Positions 18,324 through 26,866 are shown, numbered from the stretch's first letter. The stretch: 27,075 nt of DNA from a virus (IMGVR_UViG_3300020463_000113:1-27075), one strand, 5' to 3'. The notes: a model not told the origin generated them from the sequence alone. Numbers and translations are program-made.

Positions 18324-19127
18324 ATGCAAACAGTTTCAAGATATTTACTATCACAGTTGGTAATAGCCCACGTAAGTGGTTATCACGGGAGGAATTCAAA
18401 AGTGTACGATAGACGTTTAACACTGCACAGAGGAGTATCAAACCCTATCTCATTCACGTTCAAGAACGAGGATCAGAAGGCACAGGACATCACATCCAAG
18501 ACTTACGAGTTCAATCTAATCGATTCCGAAAGCAAAAAAGCGGTTCTCACCAAGACATTAAGCATACTAGACGACGGATCAACTGTCAGCACAAAAGGTG
18601 ATGCAAGTTGCACTATTACAGAGGGTGACCTTTTACCACTTGATTCTAAATTCTACAATTTCTCCGTGCGAGAAGTAAAGTCAGATGGTAGCAGAGAGAT
18701 CACATATGCGGACACAGGATACGCGGCCGCGGGCACAGTTGAATTGTTAGATGGTGCATACCCAGACTTTGTACCGAGTACAAGTATTTCAACTTTCACA
18801 GCATCAGGTGGACCGTTAGCATTCACTTCTGGATCCATAGATGCAAGACCAGGCATCAACAACAACAAGGCTTTGCACACTATCGCAGTGTACACAAAAA
18901 ATTTCTCAGGAGCATTAAGAGTACAGGCCACTATGAGTGCGTCACCAAGCAACACAGATTATTTTGATATTACCATGGAAGGTGCAGGATCAACTGCAAA
19001 CTCTTTCTCGGATTCTACAACAGTATCCAACTTCAACTTCACAGGTGTTTACCACAGTGTAAGATTCAGTTGGGGCAACGACACCGGGAATACTGGTGTG
19101 ATTGACAAAATCCTATATAGGCAGTAA
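18324..19127 (+). CDS. Putative virion structural protein (two beta-sandwich domains, BppU N-terminal-like)
   Basis: Thr/Ser/Gly-rich all-beta pattern (LHRGVSNPISFTFKNEDQK...KGDASCTI...YNFSV); late promoter upstream. Confidence 0.55.
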   Translation: MQTVSRYLLSQLVIAHVSGYHGRNSKVYDRRLTLHRGVSNPISFTFKNEDQKAQDITSKTYEFNLIDSESKKAVLTKTLSILDDGSTVSTKGDASCTITEGDLLPLDSKFYNFSVREVKSDGSREITYADTGYAAAGTVELLDGAYPDFVPSTSISTFTASGGPLAFTSGSIDARPGINNNKALHTIAVYTKNFSGALRVQATMSASPSNTDYFDITMEGAGSTANSFSDSTTVSNFNFTGVYHSVRFSWGNDTGNTGVIDKILYRQ

Positions 19128-19130
19128 AAT
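19102..19130 (+). promoter_or_regulatory. Sigma70-type promoter
   Basis: TTGACA-N17-TAAAAT ending 10 nt before the primase ATG. Confidence 0.8.
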
Positions 19131-19140
19131 AGTATAGACT

Positions 19141-20154
19141 ATGAATCTTATACAGAATACAATTCTGACTAGCCTGCCTGCGAACAGAAAGAAGACCCCA
19201 AGCGGATGGATCAGTTTCAACGCACCCTGTTGTGTACACAATGGTGAGACCGCTGACAAGAAGAAACGTGGGGGACTGATGACCAGTGCAGATGGCACAG
19301 TGAGTTACCATTGTTTCAACTGTGGATTCAAGGCCAGTTATGTCATAGGACGTAAACTGACCTACAAGATGAGGCAGTTCATGAGTTACATTGGCATACC
19401 CGAGGACACCATACGTAAGTTGGCCATCGAGGCCATGCGTGAGGAGGAAGGTGACGTGAAGTATGAGAAGAAGAAATTTGTCTCATTCAAGAACAAGTCA
19501 CTGCCCAAGGGAACACACAAACTTGACGTGTGGCTAGAAAAGTATGTGGCAAACGAACTGTTTGAAGCACAATGGAAGAAGATAGATGGAGTGCTAAAAT
19601 ATCTCGAGAGCAGAGGTATGGGGGCCGACTGGTATGACTTCATGTACTCACCTGACAAGATATGGGACGTGAATCAGAGATTACTGATACCATTCTACTG
19701 GCGAGGAGATGTTGTTGGATTTACTGGTAGGATGTTTGAAGAGTCAAACGGAGTCAAGTATTACACAGATGTATGGCCTGGGTATGTGTTCAACATGGAT
19801 GTACAGGATTGGACTAGGAAATTTGTGATAGTGACTGAAGGGCCTTTTGATGCTATTGCCGTTTCTGGTGTTAGCATACTTGGATCAGAGATAAATGACA
19901 CACAGCGAGAGTTGATAGACGGACTTGGTAGACAGGTAATTGTTGTGCCAGACAGAGATGCACCGGGACAGAAATTGGTAGATCAAGCAACAGAATTTGG
20001 ATGGAGTGTTGCATTTCCAGAATGGGACAAAACGGTTGGCGATGTGGCGGATGCTGTGTTAAAATATGGTAGACTGTTTACAATACAATCGATACTGAAA
20101 ACAACAGAGTCTAGCAAACTTAAAATAGATTTGAAAAGGAAGATGTATGGCTGA
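19141..20154 (+). CDS. DNA primase (T4 gp61-like)
   Basis: Zn-binding NAPCC...YHCFNCG, YLESRG, IPF...GFTGR, TOPRIM TEGPFDA and PDRD. Confidence 0.92.
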   Translation: MNLIQNTILTSLPANRKKTPSGWISFNAPCCVHNGETADKKKRGGLMTSADGTVSYHCFNCGFKASYVIGRKLTYKMRQFMSYIGIPEDTIRKLAIEAMREEEGDVKYEKKKFVSFKNKSLPKGTHKLDVWLEKYVANELFEAQWKKIDGVLKYLESRGMGADWYDFMYSPDKIWDVNQRLLIPFYWRGDVVGFTGRMFEESNGVKYYTDVWPGYVFNMDVQDWTRKFVIVTEGPFDAIAVSGVSILGSEINDTQRELIDGLGRQVIVVPDRDAPGQKLVDQATEFGWSVAFPEWDKTVGDVADAVLKYGRLFTIQSILKTTESSKLKIDLKRKMYG

Positions 20155-21589
20155 ATACACATTTGATGTACAAAAACTTTATATAGAGATGCTTCTCGCT
20201 GACGCAGAATCGTTTGCTAGGGCACAGAACATATTCAAGCCTGAATCGTTTGATCGTAAACTGCAACCCATTGCAAAATTTGTCAAAGACTACATGGATG
20301 AATACAAAGTGATGCCAGAGGTTGAAATAGTAAATGCACAACATGATATAAAATTAAAATCGGCAAAGGATCTAGATCCAAGTCACTTCAATTGGTTGCT
20401 TGACGAATTTGAAACGTTCTCAAGACACAAAGCACTTGAACACGCAATACTACAATCGGCAGACATGTTGGAGAAGGGAGACTATGCTCCTGTTGAGGAC
20501 ATGGTCAAGGAAGCAGTGAATGTTGGACTGACCAGAGATCTCGGCACAGACTACTTCGAAGATCCAAAGGGAAGATTAGAAGCACTCAAAGACAACAACG
20601 GACAGATCAGCACAGGATGGCAAAACCTTGACAAGAAACTGTTTGGTGGTTTCAACAGAGGAGAGCTGAACATCTTTGCAGGGGGTTCGGGTGCAGGTAA
20701 GAGTTTGTTCTTACAGAATCTTGCAGTCAACTGGGCACAGGCCGGACTGAATGTTTGTTACATATCCTTTGAATTGAGTGAGCAACTTACAGCCATGAGA
20801 CTGGATGCGATGATGACGAATATCCCAACCAAGAAGGTGTTCCCTGAAATTGATAATGTTGAGATGAAGGTCAAGATGCTGGCCAAGAAGTCGGGTAATT
20901 TGCAGATCAAATACTTGCCAAGTGGTAGTAATGTGTTGGACGTGAGGACATACTTGAAAGAACTAGAACTTAAGAACAAGAAAAAAATAGACTGTATACT
21001 GATCGATTACTTGGATCTAATGATGCCTAAGAGCAAAAGGATAAGTCCTGCAGACTTGTTCATCAAAGACAAGTACGTGTCTGAAGAACTGAGAAACTTG
21101 GTCGTTGAGAAACAGTGTGTGCTGGCAACAGCATCACAGTTGAACAGAGCATCCGTTGAAGAGATAGAGTTTGATCACTCTCACATATCAGGTGGACTGT
21201 CTAAGATACAGACAGCAGATAACGTGATAGGCATATTCACATCCAGAGCAATGAAAGAACGTGGTAGATATCAGATACAGTTCATGAAGACCAGATCAAG
21301 TTCTGGGGTTGGACAAAAAGTTGATCTAGAGTTTGATGTGGACAGTTTGAGAATAAGAGACCTGGCAGATGATCCAGAATACAAACAGTTTGACAAACAG
21401 AGAAGCACAATATATGATTCACTTAAACAGACATCCAAAGTATCGCCATCAGAGGGCACACCAAAAGATGCAAGACCAGATGTGCCAGACCCTCGTAAGG
21501 GAGACACAATAGGTAAAGTCAAAGCCACCGTAGAGGGCGGCAAACTGAGACAACTGCTAAACGAACTGCACTCAGATGAAGAACAGTAA
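20147..21589 (+). CDS. Replicative DnaB-family helicase (T4 gp41-like)
   Basis: ISTGW, GGSGAGKS, ISFEL, IDYLDL, TASQLNR, MKTR. Confidence 0.95.
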   Translation: MAEYTFDVQKLYIEMLLADAESFARAQNIFKPESFDRKLQPIAKFVKDYMDEYKVMPEVEIVNAQHDIKLKSAKDLDPSHFNWLLDEFETFSRHKALEHAILQSADMLEKGDYAPVEDMVKEAVNVGLTRDLGTDYFEDPKGRLEALKDNNGQISTGWQNLDKKLFGGFNRGELNIFAGGSGAGKSLFLQNLAVNWAQAGLNVCYISFELSEQLTAMRLDAMMTNIPTKKVFPEIDNVEMKVKMLAKKSGNLQIKYLPSGSNVLDVRTYLKELELKNKKKIDCILIDYLDLMMPKSKRISPADLFIKDKYVSEELRNLVVEKQCVLATASQLNRASVEEIEFDHSHISGGLSKIQTADNVIGIFTSRAMKERGRYQIQFMKTRSSSGVGQKVDLEFDVDSLRIRDLADDPEYKQFDKQRSTIYDSLKQTSKVSPSEGTPKDARPDVPDPRKGDTIGKVKATVEGGKLRQLLNELHSDEEQ

Positions 21590-22256
21590 TGACATCTACT
21601 ACATATACGAGAAATTAAGTTCTCTTTACCCTCACTACTCAAACAAAAAACCCAAAGCAAAGATATATTCAAAAGCATACACTAGCCTTATAGGTGTGAT
21701 GTTGTCGGCACAAAGTCAAGACAAAAGGACAGCGGTAGCATGTAATCAACTGTTTGCATTGGCAGACACTCCTGAAGAGATGCTCAAACTGTCACAAGAA
21801 CAAATAATAGAGGCAATCAAACCAGCAGGACTGTTCAATGCAAAGAGTAAGAACATACTGGCAACAAGCAAAATGCTTCTTGAAAAGTTCAATGGCCAGG
21901 TCCCGAGAACACAAAAAGAATTAATGACACTCCCCGGAGTCGGTAGAAAGAGTTCAGACATTGTTATGAGATTTGTTTTTGGCGAACCACACATTGCCGT
22001 GGACACACACGTGTTTAGAATGTTATGGAGGCTGGGTTGGGCAGACAGCCTTGACGAGGGGAAGGCATCGATCACCGTGAACAGCACTACTCCTGGCAAA
22101 TACAAGTACGGTGCACATATGTGGTTGATAACCCACGCTAAAAAAGTTTGCAAATCTAGATCGCCCGTTTGTGATCCTTGTGTGATCAGTGCGGCTTGTG
22201 ACCGACGAGACATAGACATTCCAAAAAATAAACTTCGCCAAAATCTACAGTCATAA
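21576..22256 (+). CDS. nth: Endonuclease III (HhH-GPD glycosylase/AP lyase, 4Fe-4S)
   Basis: LSAQSQD, LPGVGRKS (catalytic Lys), AVDTHVFR (catalytic Asp), C-X6-C-X2-C-X5-C. Confidence 0.95.
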   Translation: MKNSNDIYYIYEKLSSLYPHYSNKKPKAKIYSKAYTSLIGVMLSAQSQDKRTAVACNQLFALADTPEEMLKLSQEQIIEAIKPAGLFNAKSKNILATSKMLLEKFNGQVPRTQKELMTLPGVGRKSSDIVMRFVFGEPHIAVDTHVFRMLWRLGWADSLDEGKASITVNSTTPGKYKYGAHMWLITHAKKVCKSRSPVCDPCVISAACDRRDIDIPKNKLRQNLQS

Positions 22257-22267
22257 TAATATACGTA

Positions 22268-22318
22268 GATAAATATACTTGCTCAAGGCAACACAGGCAA
22301 ATATAAAAGCATAGGCAA
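22268..22318 (+). promoter_or_regulatory. Late-type promoter and AGGCAA-repeat leader of the dnaE-like gene
   Basis: GATAAATA at 22268-22275; AGGCAA at 22286, 22295 and 22313. Confidence 0.45.
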
Positions 22319-24004
22319 ATGAAAGACAAACAACTGAACGACATAACAAGGCTGTACGATAGATTCATTAGGCAATGTCCAGGCACAGAAGAATACACGC
22401 AAAGACTCGCCGAGGAAACTCAGATCATCCTTCAACTACGTTTCGTAGACTACTTCATCCAAATATGTGACATCATAGCAATGACACGAGACATACCACA
22501 CATGACACGTGGTAGTGCTGGTTCATCATTGGTCTGTTACCTGTTGGGCATAACAGATGTGGACCCAGTGGAGTGGGACATACCCGTGGCAAGATTCCTC
22601 AACCCTAACAGGGACGACCTCCCTGACGTGGACATAGACTTCCCTCATCACAAGCAGAACGAAGTCATGCAGAGGATCTTCAAGAAGTGGCCCGGACGCA
22701 GTGCTAGGATATCTAATTACGTGCTCTATAAGGATAAATCAGCGAGGCGTGAAGCGGCCAAACGACTTGGGGTCAAAGGTAACCTACCCCGCAGGTTCAC
22801 ATACGATTCACTAGGCATCGACACCAAAGAGGCCAAACGTATCGAGAACAAACTGAAAGGCAAGAAGAGATGCATATCAAAACACTGCGGAGGAATACTA
22901 ATGTTTCAAAGACAATTACCAAAAAGCCTGTTCACGGCAGAGAATCAAATACTACTGGACAAAAACGAAGTGGAAGACCTAGAACACCTGAAGGTGGACA
23001 TTTTAGCCAATCGTGGTTTGTCACAACTCATCGAGATAGATCCAACAATGAAGTTGACGGACTACCCACAGGAAGATGCCGCTACCTCGGACCTTTTGTG
23101 TCGCGGAGACGTGTTGGGGGTGACCCAGGCCGAGAGTCCTGCCATGAGGAGACTGTTCAGGGCAATCAAACCAAACAGCGTTAAGGACTGTGTGTTCGGC
23201 ACTGCACTGATCCGGCCTGTTGCAGTGTCAGGACGTAAGAAGGCGACCATGTTCCACGACTGGAGCAAGGAACGTATGAGTGACACAATAGTGTACGAGG
23301 ATGATGCCATAGACAGGATATCTGAAGTGCTAGGCATAGACAAATATGAAGCAGACATGTATCGTAGAGCGTTTGCAAAGAAGAACGAAGAGAAGATAAT
23401 GCAGTTCATAACAAGACTAGGGGATCACCCACGCAAGGATGAGATAATCACAATGCTACAATCACTCTCCGGCTTTGGATTGTGTAGGGCACACGCAGTA
23501 AATTTAGGAAGACTTATATGGGCTCTGGCATATCAGAAAGCACACAACCCAGAGAAGTTCTGGAGATCTTGTCTCAAACACTGTCACGGATCATACAAAC
23601 GTTGGGTGTACAGGACAGAAGCGAAACGTGTTGGCATAGATGTTGTGACACCTAGCAAGTCTGACAAGTGGGACACTCCGGAATTCCAATACAGGAAATA
23701 CGGTTGGTGGAGCCAAGAGGACTTCATGCCAGGTATGTACGTGAGAGAACTGTATCTCGACAAGGTAGAGTTTGCAGGAATGATAGCCAACGGTAGAGTG
23801 TTCCGAGGCGACAAGGGAAGATACATAACATTTCTAACGTTAGGGATTGGCAACGGGCAGTATATAGATGTGACCATGAAGAAAGCATTCGCTTACAGTG
23901 ACTATGATGTAGTAAGGGGACAAGGCACGATAAGGCACAGTAATAATTCTGACTACGTAGAATGCTACGACTCAAAAGGTTTTCGATTAGAAAAATACCT
24001 GTAA
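22319..24004 (+). CDS. dnaE: Compact DnaE-like C-family DNA polymerase lacking the PHP domain (561 aa)
   Basis: FVDYF, RGSAGSSLVCYLLGITDVDP, RFLNP, PDVDIDF, KHCGG, KVDIL, QAESP, ALIRP, GFGLCRAHA, OB-fold-like C-terminus. Confidence 0.9.
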   Translation: MKDKQLNDITRLYDRFIRQCPGTEEYTQRLAEETQIILQLRFVDYFIQICDIIAMTRDIPHMTRGSAGSSLVCYLLGITDVDPVEWDIPVARFLNPNRDDLPDVDIDFPHHKQNEVMQRIFKKWPGRSARISNYVLYKDKSARREAAKRLGVKGNLPRRFTYDSLGIDTKEAKRIENKLKGKKRCISKHCGGILMFQRQLPKSLFTAENQILLDKNEVEDLEHLKVDILANRGLSQLIEIDPTMKLTDYPQEDAATSDLLCRGDVLGVTQAESPAMRRLFRAIKPNSVKDCVFGTALIRPVAVSGRKKATMFHDWSKERMSDTIVYEDDAIDRISEVLGIDKYEADMYRRAFAKKNEEKIMQFITRLGDHPRKDEIITMLQSLSGFGLCRAHAVNLGRLIWALAYQKAHNPEKFWRSCLKHCHGSYKRWVYRTEAKRVGIDVVTPSKSDKWDTPEFQYRKYGWWSQEDFMPGMYVRELYLDKVEFAGMIANGRVFRGDKGRYITFLTLGIGNGQYIDVTMKKAFAYSDYDVVRGQGTIRHSNNSDYVECYDSKGFRLEKYL

Positions 24005-24014
24005 ATATTATTGC

Positions 24015-24704
24015 ATGGCAAAAGCAATAAAAACAGTCAAGGAAAGATCACAGTTACAATCTCTTCTGTCAAAGACAAACAAAGGAAAGCACCTACTTGA
24101 ACAATGGATTGATCTAGATCCTATATACGTAGGTGATAAAAACTCTGCTCAATACGAACAAAGCATACACAGACATCTAATAGATTCAACTGAGAGAATT
24201 ACAATAGATGGCCATTGGTGTGAGTTTGGGGTAAGAGAGGGCAGGAGCCTCCGTTGGTTGATAGACAAATACCCTACACAAATTATACATGCGTTTGATT
24301 CATGGCAAGGATTACCAGAGCAATGGGATAACGGGACAGGCAATGTGGCTGACATGAGTTGTGATCCTCCTGCTGTGCCCACACACATTCAACTACACAA
24401 AGGATGGTTCAAAGACACTGTACCAACTTGGAAACAATACAACCAAGGGCCAATTGCTTTCTTGCACATGGATGCAGATATCTATTCATCTACCAAAGAG
24501 GTGTTGATGTCATTGAATGACCAAATTGTTGCTGGAACTATAATCACCTTTGATGAGTTCTGTAATTTTAGGCTATCAAGAAAAATGAGTAAGTGGCCTG
24601 ACCACGAGTTCCTGGCACTAGTGGATTGGCTTGACGAATGCCATAGACAAATTAAACCTATCAACAGGAACTGGGCCTATCAAGCAAGTTGTGTTGTCTT
24701 ATAA
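24015..24704 (+). CDS. TylF/MycF-like class I SAM O-methyltransferase
   Basis: EFGVREGRS, FDSWQGLPE, KGWFKDT, LHMDADIYSST, FDEF. Confidence 0.88.
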   Translation: MAKAIKTVKERSQLQSLLSKTNKGKHLLEQWIDLDPIYVGDKNSAQYEQSIHRHLIDSTERITIDGHWCEFGVREGRSLRWLIDKYPTQIIHAFDSWQGLPEQWDNGTGNVADMSCDPPAVPTHIQLHKGWFKDTVPTWKQYNQGPIAFLHMDADIYSSTKEVLMSLNDQIVAGTIITFDEFCNFRLSRKMSKWPDHEFLALVDWLDECHRQIKPINRNWAYQASCVVL

Positions 24705-25467
24705 ATTGACGTAACTCATCGGCCCATCTGTGATGACCTATCTCACTGGGATGACCGTCGTTAGCAGACTTTGTCCAACCGTTCTTTGCACAGAATTCAA
24801 AATGACTTTGCACATAATCTTTGTTCTGCACCTGTACCCTGTGCTCCGCTGATGACCTATTATCTTTCTGCATCTGAACGTTCTCCTTCACAAATTCGCT
24901 TGTTTCAAAGTTATAGAAATGCTTACGGTCTATTTGGTCTTTCAATAATTTTAGATCAGAACGTTGCGTCCCATTGACTTCTGTTTCAGGCAAATCATTT
25001 GTAAGTGCATGATAAAACACATAAGGAATATCATGGTACTTCAAAAAGTATTGTAGTGATAATATGTTGGTGTACAGTTTTACGGCACTAGATAATTCCA
25101 AGTCCATGTCCTTGTCACGCATAAAAAAATCGTGTTGCCACAGTTGCCAGGTGCTCCATTGGTAATCAAATTTCAAAAGTTCACCTTTGATACCACCTTG
25201 CTTTACTTTGGGTGTGACGTAATTGCTGACATAATCCCATCTGTATCCTGTGGTCCACCCCACGCTGACAAAAGTGTCTTTCAACTTGTCAGGATTCTTG
25301 AAGAACCAATGCATTGTGGTGTTGAGGATTCTGTCATTGCCCCTGCCACCTTTTGCCATGCTGATGGTAGGTTCATCGATGTTTAACAGCCTGCCTAACT
25401 GTTGATGACAACTGTTGAACTTTTTCCTTGTGCTGAAACTACAGCCGTTACTTAGATGATACCTCAT
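24661..25467 (-). CDS. SGNH/GDSL-like esterase or acyltransferase (paralog of 4865..5527)
   Basis: NGCSFS, MAKGGRGN, VGWT, DGHPSEIGH. Confidence 0.7.
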   Translation of the reverse strand: MRYHLSNGCSFSTRKKFNSCHQQLGRLLNIDEPTISMAKGGRGNDRILNTTMHWFFKNPDKLKDTFVSVGWTTGYRWDYVSNYVTPKVKQGGIKGELLKFDYQWSTWQLWQHDFFMRDKDMDLELSSAVKLYTNILSLQYFLKYHDIPYVFYHALTNDLPETEVNGTQRSDLKLLKDQIDRKHFYNFETSEFVKENVQMQKDNRSSAEHRVQVQNKDYVQSHFEFCAKNGWTKSANDGHPSEIGHHRWADELRQFIRQHNLLDRPSSC

Positions 25468-26366
25468 ATACTTTTACTTACGTGTTGCCAACACTCCCCT
25501 GATTCGAATTCGTCAATGCTCCATTGACAGTGTGCTATCTTGTTTGCCCAATTGGATTTATCTCCTGTGAAAGGATGTTCTACTTCACTTATTTCTTTAC
25601 TGCTTACTTCATACACCATGCTACCTGAATCACATGCTACGTTAGGTATTCCATTTATCACTGCATCAATGCCCGTGCCCGAACTATAAGTTACTGTGCA
25701 CCAGGCCTTCTTTAGTTGTTCTGCTATAGGAACGAACTCGGGCTTCCTGACATCTGCTTCTTGCCAGTGTACGTCCGCTATCCGTAATACTTTCTCTCGG
25801 AGTTTGCTATGTAGACCGGACTTCCTGTACAGCGGATGTGGCCTAATTATAATTTTCCTGTCCGTGTGATCCCTTATCTGATTGACTGTTTGCTCTGTCC
25901 ATGAGAATACATCCTGTCCCCTAAGACTTGCATCGCCTACTTTTTGCATACAAAGTAGGATGTAATCACCGTCCTGTTTCCAGGGCACATCAGGATCATA
26001 ACCATTACGGTCAAATACTTTTTTTGATCTGTCTCCCTCTATGTGTTCAAATCCCCATCTTGCATCATCCCAAAGGAACCCATTTACCCCGACCCTGAAT
26101 TCATTGTGAAACGCAGTGTCTATTGGCCTACCAATTAACTGTGTCTCTATTTGCACGTAAGGGATACCACTCCGGATTACCTTGCCCTTGCCTTGGTGTG
26201 CTGACCTACCTCTATCATCTTTGTAACTACCAAATATTACAGCACAGTCATAACCATTGGTATTACCACTATTGGTAATATTACCATTGCATCCTTTTGC
26301 AAACGAGTGCAAAACGTCTCTGTACTGCTTATGGTTGGCTGTGTCTTCTATTACTGCTACTCGCAT
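25464..26366 (-). CDS. KpsS/KpsC-like GT-B glycosyltransferase paralog 5
   Basis: ATG at 26366 (MRVAVIED) preferred; ILLCMQKVGD (QxxxD), IIIRPHP, VTYSSGTGIDAVINGIP. Confidence 0.68.
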   Translation of the reverse strand: MRVAVIEDTANHKQYRDVLHSFAKGCNGNITNSGNTNGYDCAVIFGSYKDDRGRSAHQGKGKVIRSGIPYVQIETQLIGRPIDTAFHNEFRVGVNGFLWDDARWGFEHIEGDRSKKVFDRNGYDPDVPWKQDGDYILLCMQKVGDASLRGQDVFSWTEQTVNQIRDHTDRKIIIRPHPLYRKSGLHSKLREKVLRIADVHWQEADVRKPEFVPIAEQLKKAWCTVTYSSGTGIDAVINGIPNVACDSGSMVYEVSSKEISEVEHPFTGDKSNWANKIAHCQWSIDEFESGECWQHVSKSI

Positions 26367-26440
26367 AGGGATATTTAAGGAGCGGAGCGAAAGCGTTAAA
26401 TTTACCAAAAATGCGTTTTTTAGAAATAACGCGGAGCGTT

Positions 26441-26482
26441 AAAAAGCGTAAAGCCGGCCTGCCTTTCTTTGAGCTGACCGAC
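26441..26482 (-). terminator. Rho-independent terminator after the outer-membrane protein gene
   Basis: Minus-strand GUCGGUC-A-GCU / GGC-A-GGCCGGC stem with G-U pairs, followed by UUUACGCUUUUU. Confidence 0.65.
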
Positions 26483-26497
26483 TGCACGTTGCTTAAA

Positions 26498-26866
26498 CTA
26501 GAACTTTACTTTGAAACCGACTGTAGTCTCTGTGTGATCTAGGTTGACGTCGAAATCACTGTTTGCGTACACTTCAACGTTGTCGTTAAGACCTTTCTTT
26601 AGGTCTACCTCGAAAGAATCAAACGATGCATCCATGTCGTCATCCACTGTGTAGTTCACACCTGTGGTAACGTCGATGCCCAGGATCTCACCAAAATTGG
26701 TGTCCAAGTACATCGCATTTGTTTCTGCTTCGATTTTTCTTTCAGCACCTAAAGTGAATCCCACTTCAGCCGCTTCTGCCGGTGCTGGTTTAAGCACAGA
26801 CCATATGATCCAAAGTGCAACTATTATAGCCACACCTAGACCCGCTTTTTTCTTTGTCATTTTCAT
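26498..26866 (-). CDS. Small secreted outer-membrane beta-strand protein (porin-like)
   Basis: Signal peptide (KKK, hydrophobic core, AEA/AAE site), amphipathic strands, C-terminal TTVGFKVKF beta-signal; AGGAG RBS. Confidence 0.7.
   Translation of the reverse strand: MKMTKKKAGLGVAIIVALWIIWSVLKPAPAEAAEVGFTLGAERKIEAETNAMYLDTNFGEILGIDVTTGVNYTVDDDMDASFDSFEVDLKKGLNDNVEVYANSDFDVNLDHTETTVGFKVKF

Noticed and set aside
18292-18441. N-terminal extension of the minus-strand ORF 17917..18441
   Set aside because: Overlaps the divergent 18324 gene and its promoter; ATG 18291 is more plausible.
17069-24004. The two DnaE ORFs as N- and C-halves of one trans-spliced DnaE
   Set aside because: Both contain the same catalytic and finger motifs, and neither has split-intein termini.
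26261-26286. Inverted repeat and 14-bp palindrome TGGTAATATTACCA
   Set aside because: Lies inside a CDS and is explained by low-complexity Asn/Gly/Thr codons.
26367-26408. N-terminal extension of ORF 25464..26408
   Set aside because: Runs through the TAAATA box and hairpin cluster; ATG 26366 fits better.
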